Part shown: piece by piece, positions 1 to 9,698 of the stretch | Layout of the letters: the number at the start of each line of letters is the position of its first letter | Numbering within the stretch: the first letter of the stretch is position 1 | Origin: a virus | Lineage: Duplodnaviria > Caudoviricetes | Virus record (IMG/VR): IMGVR_UViG_3300005326_000009 | Span: 1 to 59,154 of that record | Strand: one strand, 5' to 3' | DNA length: 59,154 nt | Position numbers and translations under genes: made by a program | The notes under the pieces: generated by a model | What the model was told of the DNA's origin: nothing | What the model saw: the letters and a program-made list of their open reading frames with translations, nothing else | The model's database searches: none

Positions 1-123
1 CCCCATGATAAACCCCTTCCCGCGTGTGCTGTTCAAGGTGACGGTAAACGGCTCTGCTATCTTCCGCTATCGTCTGCCAAAAGGTGACAGAGGAAAGCCT
101 TCCCCAACGAAAGACGGGGAGAG
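1..123. repeat. Terminal direct repeat, left copy (identical to 59032..59154); circular-assembly overlap
   Basis: The first 123 nt match the last 123 nt. The repeat lies inside the portal ORF. Confidence 0.95.
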
Positions 124-604
124 CCTGCGTAGGGAGTACGACAGAGAGCAAGGGATACTCTGCCACCTCAGGGTCTTTGTCAAGCTTCATAAAGACACCA
201 CCAAGACCGCTACATAGGTTAGCTCCCTCTACGCACTTTGCACGAAAGTTAGTCAAGTCAAGTAGCTCGTCTAACCGCTTCTGTGCCTTCTCCGCTCCCT
301 CGGGTACCTTGTCAGCGTCTAATTCGGGAATGCGAATACGGGGAGCTTCCCCAAAGAGCATAAACGAGCTAACCGCTGCAATGTCAGAGGCAATAGGCAC
401 ATGGATAGCTGAGGAGACACCTCCCGCTGAGACCCTGCGCCAAAAGCGTGTACCTGGAAGAGCCGACACCACGCGCGAGTAATACGTCGCTAAGCTGGCA
501 GGATTGCCACAGTACCACAAGGCCCACTCAGCGATAACGGCCAACATAGCCGTATACTCTTTCGGAGGCCAAGCAAGCTTTAACGAACCCTCAGGCAAAC
601 CCAT
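1..604 (-). CDS. Portal protein, N-terminal part (continues across the junction into 59031..58079; about 518 aa in total)
   Basis: ATG at 604 right after the terminase stop: MGLPEGSLKLAWPP...WALWYCG...IHVPIASDIA...LFGE. In frame with 58079..58963 after circularisation. Confidence 0.85.
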   Translation of the reverse strand, partial: MGLPEGSLKLAWPPKEYTAMLAVIAEWALWYCGNPASLATYYSRVVSALPGTRFWRRVSAGGVSSAIHVPIASDIAAVSSFMLFGEAPRIRIPELDADKVPEGAEKAQKRLDELLDLTNFRAKCVEGANLCSGLGGVFMKLDKDPEVAEYPLLSVVLPTQALPVFRWGRLSSVTFWQTIAEDSRAVYRHLEQHTREGVYHG

Positions 605-605
605 G

Positions 606-1901
606 TTAGTTACCCCCAACCTCGTCTTCGTCTGCTACTGTTTCCCCTACCATACGTATCTTTGCATCCCCAGTAAGCCAAGGTTTCCACAGTAACCGCA
701 ATGCTACCACAATGTAGCGCAAAGCGTCTAGTAAGTGGTCATTCTCTTTCTTAACCTTGTCTTCTCCCCGTAGCGCTGCCTTTTCATCCCATACATAGGA
801 CGATACCTCTTTGAGGAGGTGAGGACAGTTCTCCTTAACGAACTTAATCTTCAGCCCCCCAAGTAGGGAAGAGACACAACGGATACCAAAGCGAACGTCT
901 TTGGTGAACCCTCGTCTAATCGGTACATCGGCAAAGCGAGAGAGCTGAGTAATAAAGGAAGTTGCCGAGGGGTCAATACAAACGAACTCGATGTTGTGAC
1001 CCTGCGCAAACTTGTACAGGTCTTTGACTAACTCTAAGTCGGTCTTGGCATAACCGGACTTCTCCCCCGAGTAGTAGTATTCCCCCAAGACGTAGAGGCA
1101 GTTATCTATCCCCAAGCCAATGAGCACGAACGCGGTATGTGCCGAGATAGCGTAGTCTACCCCTATGAAGTACTGAGTAATGAAAGGAACTTCATCGGCA
1201 GACACGCTATGCTCAGGACGAATAAACCCACCATAGACAGCCCCCTCCGCTACTGACCACTTGCCCTTGATATACCTGTCATACCAGAGACCGACATACT
1301 GAGTCTCAAGACGAGCAACGTAAGCAGGGTCAAGGGTCAAGTTATCTTCAATAAGGAATGACCAGCGCTTCATATGCCCTGGATTGATACGGTTAAGCTC
1401 CTGCTCCTTCTCTATGAAGTCGGTATAGAGGTAGTGGTAAGGGCTATCAGGGTTAGTTGTCAGGAAGAGCTTTGCATTGGGTACGCGCAAGCGAGAGAGC
1501 AGCATATTAAAGAAGTCCTTGCTATGCAAGGTGCCTTCATCGTCATACGCTCCTGCCCATGTTCCCCCACGAATCTTAGACTCTGCTCTGACATCCGAGC
1601 TACCGAAGAGGTAGACTTCCCGGTCATTGATAACCGCTTCCCCCGTACCGTGGTTAATCTGAATAAGGGAAGAGCCGTACATGTCTTCCAAGACATCCAA
1701 GCAGTTGCGCTTTAAGGTTCCCCTGGTATTGCCAATCATGGCAAGCCTGCCAGGGGGAGCTACGGTAAGGTAGTGCATCCATGCCACAAGAGAAGAGATA
1801 GTCTTACCAGACGAGACAGCGCCGTCAAGCAGGTTAATATGCGCCCACTCTCCGAAGATAACGTCAAGCTGTTTATCGCTAAATTCACCCCAGTCAAACA
1901 T
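606..1901 (-). CDS. terL: Terminase large subunit (PBSX/Terminase_3-like)
   Basis: Walker A DGAVSSGKT, Walker B AYDDEG, TTNPDSP motif, RNase H-like GVDY...DPSA...NDHLLDALRY. Confidence 0.95.
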   Translation of the reverse strand: MFDWGEFSDKQLDVIFGEWAHINLLDGAVSSGKTISSLVAWMHYLTVAPPGRLAMIGNTRGTLKRNCLDVLEDMYGSSLIQINHGTGEAVINDREVYLFGSSDVRAESKIRGGTWAGAYDDEGTLHSKDFFNMLLSRLRVPNAKLFLTTNPDSPYHYLYTDFIEKEQELNRINPGHMKRWSFLIEDNLTLDPAYVARLETQYVGLWYDRYIKGKWSVAEGAVYGGFIRPEHSVSADEVPFITQYFIGVDYAISAHTAFVLIGLGIDNCLYVLGEYYYSGEKSGYAKTDLELVKDLYKFAQGHNIEFVCIDPSATSFITQLSRFADVPIRRGFTKDVRFGIRCVSSLLGGLKIKFVKENCPHLLKEVSSYVWDEKAALRGEDKVKKENDHLLDALRYIVVALRLLWKPWLTGDAKIRMVGETVADEDEVGGN

Positions 1902-2134
1902 TAGCGTAAACCAAAGAGGATAATCCCTGCTCGGTCAATATGTAGGCTATCTACCTTGTCACCGTACTTGTAGAATATGTGAGCAATACACGCCATAGTA
2001 TAGGGATTGTGCGCAGTATCGGAGAGAGGGACATCGGTTGCTACCAGGAAGTAGTCTATATCGTCATCTCGGTAAGCAAACTCTTCGTCAAGGCAATGCC
2101 CTGTACAGGTATGTGGCTGTGCTTTGCAAGTCAT
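1901..2134 (-). CDS. Hypothetical protein
   Basis: ORF whose stop overlaps the terL start. Confidence 0.5.
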   Translation of the reverse strand: MTCKAQPHTCTGHCLDEEFAYRDDDIDYFLVATDVPLSDTAHNPYTMACIAHIFYKYGDKVDSLHIDRAGIILFGLR

Positions 2135-2289
2135 CGCTCGTTCTCCCGAAAACCTATTGGTCCCTTGTTCTGATTATGCATAGGCCAAAAGATTCTACGG
2201 AAGTAGTTTACCACTTCCTCACTGTCACCAGCAAGAGCCGCTACCATGAGTAAGACTACGTTCTTTAGCATTGCCACATACCTGTAACT

Positions 2290-2365
2290 TGGCAGGGGAG
2301 ACACGACTCGAACGTGCAACTACCTGAGTCAAAGTCAGGCGTTCTACCAATTGAACTACTCCCCA
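2290..2365 (-). tRNA. tRNA-Gln (anticodon TTG) with encoded CCA
   Basis: Reverse complement TGGGGAGTAGTTCAATTGGTAGAACGCCTGACTTTGACTCAGGTAGTTGCACGTTCGAGTCGTGTCTCCCCTGCCA folds as a full cloverleaf with a TTCGA T-loop. Confidence 0.95.
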
Positions 2366-3303
2366 CCGTTCATAACAGTACAGAACTCTTCCACAAACTC
2401 AGCGTACCGAGGGTTCTTTCGTACCCACTCGTGAAACGCTCCCATACAGTGATTGCAGAAGTCCTTACCAGCACAGCGATACAAGACATCTTTATAGTCA
2501 GTTTCATAACCGCAAGCATCGCACTTGTACCGTTCACTCGGTACCATCGTAGTAATAACGCTCACTTCTTCCCCTTTCCACCTAAGACAAATGGAGGTGC
2601 CTTGTACGTCTTGCCACAGGTAGCACAAGTCACCACTCCATTGACGAATAAGCCCTCTCCCGAAAGACGAACAAGCTCATACCTTCGGCAATATGGGCAA
2701 TTCCATTGTAAGTTATAGACCGGTGCATTCGACACCGCTAAGAAGCTCATAGTACTCCTTTGGTACGTTCCCTAAAACAACTACTCTGTCAGGATGCTCT
2801 AAGTACCCTGCCCGTTGCTTAAGCTTAAGGGGGTAGTTATAGCGGTAGAGGTAGTCTTCTACACCTAACACCTTAATCTTATCGCCCTTAATGGCTTGCA
2901 CTCTCCCGATGTTCAAATGAGCAACATCTCCTATACGCACCGCATAGAGTACGAATGCGCCTGGACGTATCTCAACGCCTACCTTGTCTTGCATCGAATC
3001 TCCTTCCTACTGGCTAAACACTGTCATAACTAAACCGCTACGCTCTCGCTCTTTCGGCTCACCATAGCGCTCTTTGTTCCTTTCCCGCAGGCTATTGGCA
3101 ATATCCGCTATATTATAAGGATGACTCCCACAGCAGGTATGCGTACACGTAGCGAAATAGACCTTGGCCGAGGTAAGGCCAATATGGTAATTGCATGAAG
3201 GATTCACGCACTTTGCGCTACCCTGTACGAACCTGCCGAGCACATGCCCGTTATAAGAGGCTATCTTCCTCATTGCTTCCCGTTGCTTGTTTGTCGTCCT
3301 CAT
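2356..3303 (-). CDS. Cluster of four small hypothetical ORFs, mostly Cys/Zn-ribbon (2356-2628, 2562-2750, 2713-2994, 3007-3303)
   Basis: Overlapping co-oriented ORFs between terS and the tRNA. CxxC pairs are present in several. Confidence 0.55.
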
Positions 3304-3733
3304 GTTTCCCCCTTAGTCGATTGAAAGATTCCTTGAACTTAGCGAACAGTGACTTAATGAGCTTGGGAGTCTCGTCTGTACTCTTGATAGGACGAGCAGC
3401 CGTGTTAGCCCAACGCTCAGGGAAACGGCGATGTAGCACCTCAAGAGAGGCTTTGTACGTCCTATTTTTGTGCTTAAGCACCTCTTCAATAAGGGTTGCT
3501 TCGGCATCCGCGTTAGCTTTTTCTATAGACTCAAGTAAGTCAACCAAGAGTACCTCTCGCTCTGTCTGTGGAGCTTTGCCACTTTCACGAATATCCTCTG
3601 CTTGCGCTAACCAAGAGTACCAAGCAGCCTCACTCACTCCACAGCACCGAGCAGCAACCTGCGCGTAATTCCCCTTACGGATAAGGTCAGACGCCTTCTC
3701 TATCAGTTCTCGGTTTAGCTTCGGATGTGCCAT
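3251..3733 (-). CDS. terS: Terminase small subunit (N-terminal HTH)
   Basis: HTH-like GNYAQVAARCCGVSEAAWYSW and an LHRRFPERW motif. First gene of the leftward packaging operon. Confidence 0.75.
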   Translation of the reverse strand: MAHPKLNRELIEKASDLIRKGNYAQVAARCCGVSEAAWYSWLAQAEDIRESGKAPQTEREVLLVDLLESIEKANADAEATLIEEVLKHKNRTYKASLEVLHRRFPERWANTAARPIKSTDETPKLIKSLFAKFKESFNRLRGKHEDDKQATGSNEEDSLL

Positions 3734-3779
3734 TATACTCCCCCGGCTATCTCTGCCACGAATGTCGCCTCTGCCCTCA

Positions 3780-3808
3780 ACTATACCACAAGGGAGCTAT
3801 GAGCGCAA
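3780..3808 (-). promoter_or_regulatory. Leftward sigma70-type promoter (TTGCGC-17-TATAGT, extended TG)
   Basis: Near-consensus boxes with 17-bp spacing upstream of terS. Confidence 0.55.
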
Positions 3809-3810
3809 GC

Positions 3811-4200
3811 CGTAGTTGTAATACGCGTAGGAAATGTGGGGTAGTGATTATGATAAGTGTTATTATCCGTTTCCTCAATTCAATGAACAGACAGGAAGAC
3901 TCGGTTAGCAAGGGGTAGTGGTAGTAGTCCAAATAACTACATAACTACAAACAAACTACAAACAAACTACAGGGTTTTGTGCTCACTTGTGGCAGGGGTT
4001 GAGCGTGATGTAGTTATGTAGTTACCATAAATAAGTCGTATCGGCACTTTAAGAGTTATCTTTTTCGATACCCGTTTCTCACATGTGCGTATAAGGGCTA
4101 CACAAAGGGGTTTTGAGCACAAAAAAGCCCTAAAATGTAGTTTTTTTGTAGTTTGTACAAACTACATAGTAACTACATTTTAGGGCTGTAGGGTCTTTGG
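3811..4200. repeat. Iteron/palindrome-rich non-coding element, candidate replication origin (copy A)
   Basis: About 11 AACTAC/GTAGTT motifs, nested inverted repeats and a 62-bp palindrome at 4126-4187. Located at the strand divergence point. Confidence 0.7.
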
Positions 4201-4264
4201 TGACCAGCGACTATGCTACATGAATGGTTTTCCCCTGTCAATACCCTACCTAAACCTAACTCCC

Positions 4265-4293
4265 TTGACGCCTAACACCTCCTGTGGTATGCT
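4265..4293 (+). promoter_or_regulatory. sigma70-type promoter TTGACG-17-TATGCT
   Basis: Near-consensus boxes upstream of the HTH gene, which has a GGAGG RBS. Confidence 0.65.
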
Positions 4294-4316
4294 TGACCCC
4301 TAATGGAGGTTTTGTC

Positions 4317-4517
4317 ATGTCTGACTATCCCGAACTGCTATCTATTGACGAGGTAGCTACTATCTTAGGAGTGTCCCCGATGACGTGTAGGCGACTTGGC
4401 TTGGAAGGTGAAATAACTTATACGCTTGTTGGCAAACGACGAAAGTTCAAATTTCACAAGCGCAGTGTTGACGCCTACCTTTCCCGTAACACGCAAAGGA
4501 GTACCTATGCTGAATAA
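4317..4517 (+). CDS. Excisionase-like helix-turn-helix DNA-binding protein (HTH_17)
   Basis: LLSIDEVATILGVSPMTCRRL...G...FHKRSVDAYL; GGAGG RBS. Confidence 0.8.
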   Translation: MSDYPELLSIDEVATILGVSPMTCRRLGLEGEITYTLVGKRRKFKFHKRSVDAYLSRNTQRSTYAE

Positions 4518-5085
4518 AATGTGGGAGATGCAGCGAGAGCTAAACGAGCGAGTTAACGTTCCCTACGCTCCCGAGAATGCCGAAGACAGGCAAGATTGGA
4601 CGATGCAATATATAAGGTGTATGCAACAGGAGCTAGCGGAACTCACCGATTGCTTCCCGTGGAAGCATTGGAAGTATGACCAAGTAGAGAATCGGCAGAA
4701 CGCACAGGTAGAAGTCGTTGACCTCTTTCACTTCCTTATCTCCATCGCGCAAACGCTCGGTATGTCAGCCGAGGACGTATATCTTGCTTACTGTCAAAAG
4801 ATGGCGATTAACCATGAGCGGCAAGATACCGGTTATGTGGGGAAACCGGATGACTGCCTTTACGTCGGTTACAAAGTTGTTCAACGGGACATCTCTACCC
4901 ATGAGGGGGAAGACTACCTCTTCAACGTCTATTCACCGACGCAGGAATGCGTTGCTACCGTTCCCCTCTTTGCTATCGCTGCCTTTCTTGGTACGACCAT
5001 GCAGGGAGCATTAAACGATATGGCAACCGGTGCCTTCCTGCCGACAGCCGAGAACCTTATTAAGATAGCGAGGGGAATATCATGA
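4507..5085 (+). CDS. dut: Dimeric all-alpha dUTPase (dUTPase_2 family) with a C-terminal extension
   Basis: MQRELN...ELAEL...PWKHWK...EVVDLFHF...K..INHERQ motifs. Confidence 0.85.
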   Translation: MLNKMWEMQRELNERVNVPYAPENAEDRQDWTMQYIRCMQQELAELTDCFPWKHWKYDQVENRQNAQVEVVDLFHFLISIAQTLGMSAEDVYLAYCQKMAINHERQDTGYVGKPDDCLYVGYKVVQRDISTHEGEDYLFNVYSPTQECVATVPLFAIAAFLGTTMQGALNDMATGAFLPTAENLIKIARGIS

Positions 5086-5693
5086 GACAAGAGTGGCGAC
5101 TAGAACCCTCAATTACCCAAGAAACCCCCTGTGGATGCTGTGAGCGTGTGGGGGAGATAGGGGTAGCAATGTACTGGTACCGTGACGAGAAGGGTAAGCT
5201 CCATTGGCGTTGCCCTGTCTGCCTTGCGGTGGCTAGCAAGCTTCGCCCTGACTTGGTGGAAGCGCGAACAATCAAGGTAAGGGCTGTCCTGTCCTTTGAG
5301 ACCCTTGACCGGTTGCACAGACACCAACGTGTCTTACGTCCTCTCGGGAGGAAGCGATGACTACCATTCGCTTACTTGCTCACGAAGAGGTCCGTTGTGG
5401 GAAGTGTAATCACATGGTCAAAGGTCCGATGATTGCCGAGTTAGAAGGAGTGACCCCTGTTCGGGCAATCTGCCTACCTTGTTATAAGGAGAGAAAGAAT
5501 GCAAACCTTCCGCTATCAGATGGTGATGGAGACAGGGGTAACTTGTGCCGCGTGTAACAAAGAACTCGCGCAAGGGAGTTGGGCATTCGCCATTGTGCGG
5601 GAGTACGCTCCCTTCTACCTCTGTTATGAAGACGCTCTCGCTCTGCAAGCGACGAATCCGCAACACGTATCCTTAGAAGGAGAAGAGCAATGA
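5082..5693 (+). CDS. Three tandem small Zn-finger proteins (5082-5360, 5357-5557, 5499-5693)
   Basis: Each has CxxC...CxxC or a similar pattern; starts and stops overlap. Confidence 0.6.
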
Positions 5694-6002
5694 AAGACGC
5701 CTTGCTTGCGTTAGGTCTCTTAGGAGGTTATATCCTCCTTATCCTGGGAATTATCGGTACCTTCCTCCTTGTCTTGGTGTGCCGTATCCTTCCTTGGTTA
5801 GTCCTTTTGCTCCTTGCTATCCTGTTATGGAGGTTAGTCATTCATGGGTAAAGTTATCCTTTGTCTGCTACTGTGGGGAGGGTACACCGCACTATATCTA
5901 TGGGCAGGGTTTCCTTGGTGGGTTGCGGTAAGTGTCGTTCCCGTGTCAACGCTTATCGGTATTCCTATCGCGTTGGGTATTGTTTGGCTAATAAATCATT
6001 AG
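5690..6002 (+). CDS. Two small membrane proteins (5690-5851, 5844-6002), below the ORF-track cutoff
   Basis: Manually translated hydrophobic ORFs MKDALLALGLL... and MGKVILCLLLW..., each with an RBS. Confidence 0.6.
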
Positions 6003-6015
6003 TCCCCCTGCCCCA

Positions 6016-6044
6016 TTGACACGAAATAGCTAACCTGATAGAAT
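6016..6044 (+). promoter_or_regulatory. sigma70 promoter TTGACA-17-TAGAAT
   Basis: Near-consensus boxes with correct spacing. Confidence 0.7.
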
Positions 6045-6052
6045 AGGAGGCA

Positions 6053-6397
6053 ATGATGCGTGAAGTATGGCAATGCACAGACGAAGATGTTATGCCCGTG
6101 ACGGCGACACTACGACCAACGGCTCACTCTTTTGGACTCCCGCTACCCGAGACCGTGCGGGTAAGCGTTAACGTCCTTGACAAGCATAAGGTAGAGGTAC
6201 ACTTAGGCAGAAGCATTGCGCTCTTTGTCTTTGGGACAGCCGTAGCCGTCTACCGGGAAGGAACCGTCTATGTAGTCAACGGGACCATGAGCATCCCTAT
6301 GAGACTGCGCTTGCGAGGTTGGCATGGGGATTGTCCCCGTGTCAATATTACTTCCCCACAGTTTGAACAGTTACTCACCTTAGAAAGGAAAGCCTAA
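6053..6397 (+). CDS. Hypothetical protein
   Basis: ORF directly downstream of the promoter. Confidence 0.55.
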   Translation: MMREVWQCTDEDVMPVTATLRPTAHSFGLPLPETVRVSVNVLDKHKVEVHLGRSIALFVFGTAVAVYREGTVYVVNGTMSIPMRLRLRGWHGDCPRVNITSPQFEQLLTLERKA

Positions 6398-6777
6398 TGT
6401 ACGACAGACGAAAAGTATGCCCTTGCTGTATGAGAGACTTACCTATCCACATGTTTTGGCGCAATCGCAGCAAGCCCTCCGGTTTAGAGAGCCATTGCAA
6501 GCGCTGCCGTAGCCACAAGCGTCGATTGCAGCGTGTCGGTTGGGATACGAGCGTTCCCCAAATGACCTTGCGTGTGCCTTCCCGAATGCCCGTGACAGCG
6601 GTTACTACGCCTACGGGAGCGGTCTTATGGGTACTCCCGCATATGAGTGCCGATAAGCTTATCATTCATTCGGATAGCTTTAATCCTGACTTCCGAGGAC
6701 GGTTTTACGCCAAACGGTTACCCGAGTTAGGCGTCTACTGGTCAACGAGGAAGACCTACCATGCACGAACCTTCTGA
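6397..6777 (+). CDS. Zn-finger protein of the type found N-terminal to HNH/endonuclease VII domains
   Basis: KVCPCC...F.RNRSKPSGLESHCKRC. Confidence 0.6.
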   Translation: MYDRRKVCPCCMRDLPIHMFWRNRSKPSGLESHCKRCRSHKRRLQRVGWDTSVPQMTLRVPSRMPVTAVTTPTGAVLWVLPHMSADKLIIHSDSFNPDFRGRFYAKRLPELGVYWSTRKTYHARTF

Positions 6778-7213
6778 CTTTATGCGCCGATTCGAGCGTA
6801 AAGCTCCCGATGATTGCTGGCTATGGATGGGGTCACTCGATAAGGATGGCTATGGTATCTACTATTACCACGGTGCGATTGTCCGAGCACAGCGCTTCCT
6901 TTGTTACTTCCTGTGGGGAGCGAACTACTTCCCTCCCTCCTTTATCGTGGGAACGCTCTGCCGCAATAAGCGCTGTATGAATCCCCGTCACTTTATAATT
7001 AGTACTCGCTCGGAAGTGAGTAAGCGCATACACGAAGAGCAATGGAAACAAGGGAAGCATTATGCTCGTTTGACCAAAGACCAAATCATCGCCGCGCGAA
7101 AGGAGTTTATGGGCAAGCGTGGGGACATTACACGGCTTGCGCGAAAGTACGGGACATCGGTCTCTACCATGAACCGAATTATCCATCACAAGAATTGCCG
7201 AGGTGCCAAATGA
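6761..7213 (+). CDS. HNH-family endonuclease with C-terminal HTH, possibly degenerate
   Basis: CWLWMG...GYG...CRNKRCMNPRH. The catalytic His position appears substituted (VGTLC). Confidence 0.7.
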   Translation: MHEPSDFMRRFERKAPDDCWLWMGSLDKDGYGIYYYHGAIVRAQRFLCYFLWGANYFPPSFIVGTLCRNKRCMNPRHFIISTRSEVSKRIHEEQWKQGKHYARLTKDQIIAARKEFMGKRGDITRLARKYGTSVSTMNRIIHHKNCRGAK

Positions 7214-7703
7214 ACAGACCATTGTACGTAGTATTGCCACTCATGGCCCTAGTTATCGAGAAGTACCTCCCCTACCGAGCGGAGGACATCCTGAACATGA
7301 CGTTAGAGCAGTATAAGGATGTAATGGGCGAGTTTAACGCAGGGAACTTCCCGCTTACCGTGGGAGAGAGCTTGCTCCTTCTTGAGATACGGGATGCGTT
7401 GGCAGAGGAGACAGCGGAAGCAGAGGACGAAGAGGAATCTACCTCTGACCCCCTGGGTATTCTCGATTGGTTGCGGGAGCAGAAGGAGGAAGAGGAGTAA
7501 TGGGTTGGTCAACCGGTATGAGTGTAGCCGACTGTGTATGGAGTGATATTAAAGAGCATATCAAGCCAGGACACGAGCGGCAAGTAGCAGAGGCATTGGT
7601 GGATACCTTCCAATCCTTTGACTGTGATGAAATTGGTATAGAAGACTTCGGTTTTGAGGAGGAAGACAATGGCGAAAGCAACGAAGAAGACGGTAACGAC
7701 TGA
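7210..7703 (+). CDS. Two acidic hypothetical proteins (7210-7500, 7500-7703)
   Basis: Coupled start/stop codons; Glu/Asp-rich tails. Confidence 0.55.
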
Positions 7704-8367
7704 AGAGATTACCCTTATCTTGACGAAAGAGGAAGGGGATGCTCTCTCTACCCTGTTCGGTGGTGTGGGGGGACATCCCGAGACTACCCGCAGGGGACTA
7801 ATCTCCCGTGTGTCGAATGCCTTGTTTGACGTAGGTTGCCGAGCAGGGAGTGACTGCTCAGGCGTTCTCTATTTTAAGGAGCAGACCAATGGCTAATGCC
7901 ACCAAGAAGACGATTACCATAGACGAGGTTATCCTAACCTTGACTTCCGATGAAGCGGAGACTCTGTACTCTCTGACTACGCTTATTGCGGGAAATAAGG
8001 ACACCTCTCGTAGACGGCATACCGATGCTATTGCTACCGCTTTGCGGGAAGCAGGAGTAACGCTTCATTGGCCTGGGGATGAAGGGTTAGCTACGGGGAG
8101 AGTTACCTTTGAGGAGGGCAAGTAATGGCAACCGCTACGCGAGAGAAGAAGACCGAGGAATTTATTGAGCTACTGCTCACTCCACAAGAGGCGGCAACAC
8201 TGGTACGCTTGGCTAACCGGACCTCGGGACATCCCGAGAAGAGCCGACATAAGCACATGCAGGCTATCGGTACTGAGCTTTTCCATGCAGGAGTGCGAGA
8301 CCCTGGTCAGCACCTTCTAACTAAGGATAGTAAGATACACTTCGTAGAGGAGAAAGACCTTGACTGA
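7669..8367 (+). CDS. Three tandem paralogous small proteins (7669-7896, 7889-8125, 8125-8367)
   Basis: Shared pattern MAxAT+K...I.L.LT..E...L..L....G....R......AL...G. Confidence 0.75.
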
Positions 8368-8746
8368 GGATATGGTTAATCATCCCAAGCACTACGAACG
8401 GTTAAACCCTGAACCGATAGACGTAATGGTTGCTTGGTTTGGTAGCAATTGCCTTGCCCCTCAAATCATTAAGTACATTGCACGGGCAGGCTATAAGGAC
8501 GATATTGTCCAAGACCTGAAGAAGGCACGGTTTTACCTTGACCGGTGGATTGCCGAGGAAGAGAAGAAGCAAGCACCGAAGCGCTTAGAGGTGAACGCAA
8601 AGCCCTCTCGCTATTTCAGTGAGATAACGCTCCCTGGGGGAATCCTACAGCGCAAGTATCGAGAGGATGGCGTTGTCTATGTAGAGCAAAAAAGCCCTGG
8701 GGGAGAGTGGGGTATCGTTGGTACATATAACCCTGAGGAGGAGTAA
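8360..8746 (+). CDS. DUF3310 (SaV/gp1.7-like) domain protein
   Basis: DMVNHPKHY...IKYIARAG.K...QDLKKARFYL. Confidence 0.8.
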   Translation: MTEDMVNHPKHYERLNPEPIDVMVAWFGSNCLAPQIIKYIARAGYKDDIVQDLKKARFYLDRWIAEEEKKQAPKRLEVNAKPSRYFSEITLPGGILQRKYREDGVVYVEQKSPGGEWGIVGTYNPEEE

Positions 8747-9324
8747 TGGCGTCTAACTATCTAACCTATTCGGGTATCGACTTCGATGCCCTGCATCCTA
8801 CCGTAGAGATGATTAGCATTAAAGACATCGCCTATGCTCTCTCGCGTACCTCTCGTTTCTGTGGTCATGCGCGAGTGGAAGGGGGAGCAGGACTCTATAC
8901 GGTAGCTCAGCACTCTACCTTTGTAGCCGACTTCTGTAACCTGGAAGACAAGCTATGGGGTCTCTTGCATGATGCGAGTGAGGCGTATATCAATGACGTG
9001 ACAAACCCTGTCAAGCATAGCGGTTGCATGGATGCTTACCTTGACATCGAAGAGAATCTTATGAACGTTATCTGTGATAAGTTCGGACTTCCGCACGAGA
9101 TGCCTGATAGCGTTCGGGAAGCAGACTTACGGATGCTTGTCACCGAAGAGCGGCAATTCATGGTACCGCATGACCCTTGGTACCCTGGTGTGGTCCCCTA
9201 TGGAGGGGAAGAGTACCCGGTTAAGATTCATGTGCTAACTCCTCGCCAAGCCGAGCGCAAGTTTAAGCGGTACTTTCACTACTTGACGAAAGTCTTGCCG
9301 AAGCAGCTTGAATCAGGAAGCTAA
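8746..9324 (+). CDS. HD-domain phosphohydrolase (YfbR/YfdR-like 5'-deoxynucleotidase)
   Basis: DIAYALS...RFCGH...YTVAQHS...LLHDASEAY..D...PVK...AD..ML.TE. Confidence 0.85.
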   Translation: MASNYLTYSGIDFDALHPTVEMISIKDIAYALSRTSRFCGHARVEGGAGLYTVAQHSTFVADFCNLEDKLWGLLHDASEAYINDVTNPVKHSGCMDAYLDIEENLMNVICDKFGLPHEMPDSVREADLRMLVTEERQFMVPHDPWYPGVVPYGGEEYPVKIHVLTPRQAERKFKRYFHYLTKVLPKQLESGS

Positions 9325-9514
9325 ACAAGCTATCCGTGAGGCGACACGGAGAGCCGTCTACTATGGGCTTATCCGTAAGGAAAAGTACTGTGTGGTGTGT
9401 GGCAAGGAGGGAACAACCGCACACCACATAGACTATGCCCGTCCATTTGTCGTTGAGTGGCTATGCTCTCGCTGCCACACCGAGTTACACCGATTGGAGG
9501 GATTGAATGGTTGA
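9308..9514 (+). CDS. Small HNH-like Zn-binding protein
   Basis: CVVCG...AHHIDY...VEWLCSRCHTELH. Confidence 0.65.
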   Translation: MNQEAKQAIREATRRAVYYGLIRKEKYCVVCGKEGTTAHHIDYARPFVVEWLCSRCHTELHRLEGLNG

Positions 9515-9698
9515 GCGTATCTACGCTGTCTATATAAACGGGGAGCTTTGGAGAGCCTACGCTCGGGAAGCAACCGCGAAAGCACAGCGAACACGGCTCT
9601 TGAATCAGGACAAGTATTACCAGCAATACTACGAGCGGGTAGGGTTGGTACACTTTCCCAAGCTTATTGCGGTTGTTCCGTTCGTAAGGGAGAGCTAA
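9507..9698 (+). CDS. Hypothetical protein (shares a motif with 31409-31672)
   Basis: RAYAREATAKAQRTRL versus RVYLRESTARGQATRI. Confidence 0.55.
   Translation: MVERIYAVYINGELWRAYAREATAKAQRTRLLNQDKYYQQYYERVGLVHFPKLIAVVPFVRES

Noticed and set aside
1-123. 123-bp terminal repeat as physical genome ends
   Set aside because: It falls in the middle of the portal ORF, which reads through the junction. It is best explained as assembler overlap of a circular or permuted genome.
2290-2365. Suppressor tRNA or stop-codon recoding
   Set aside because: The anticodon is TTG (Gln), and core genes are full length in the standard code with TAA, TAG and TGA all used as stops.
4126-4187. Linear-plasmid prophage with a protelomerase site
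   Set aside because: No protelomerase or tyrosine-recombinase-like ORF was identified.
4317-4517. Temperate lifestyle inferred from the excisionase-like HTH
   Set aside because: No integrase, CI-like repressor or ParA was recognised, and HTH_17 proteins also occur in lytic phages.
8746-9324. Z-genome (2-aminoadenine) system
   Set aside because: No PurZ/adenylosuccinate synthetase homolog in the genome; an HD hydrolase alone is insufficient.
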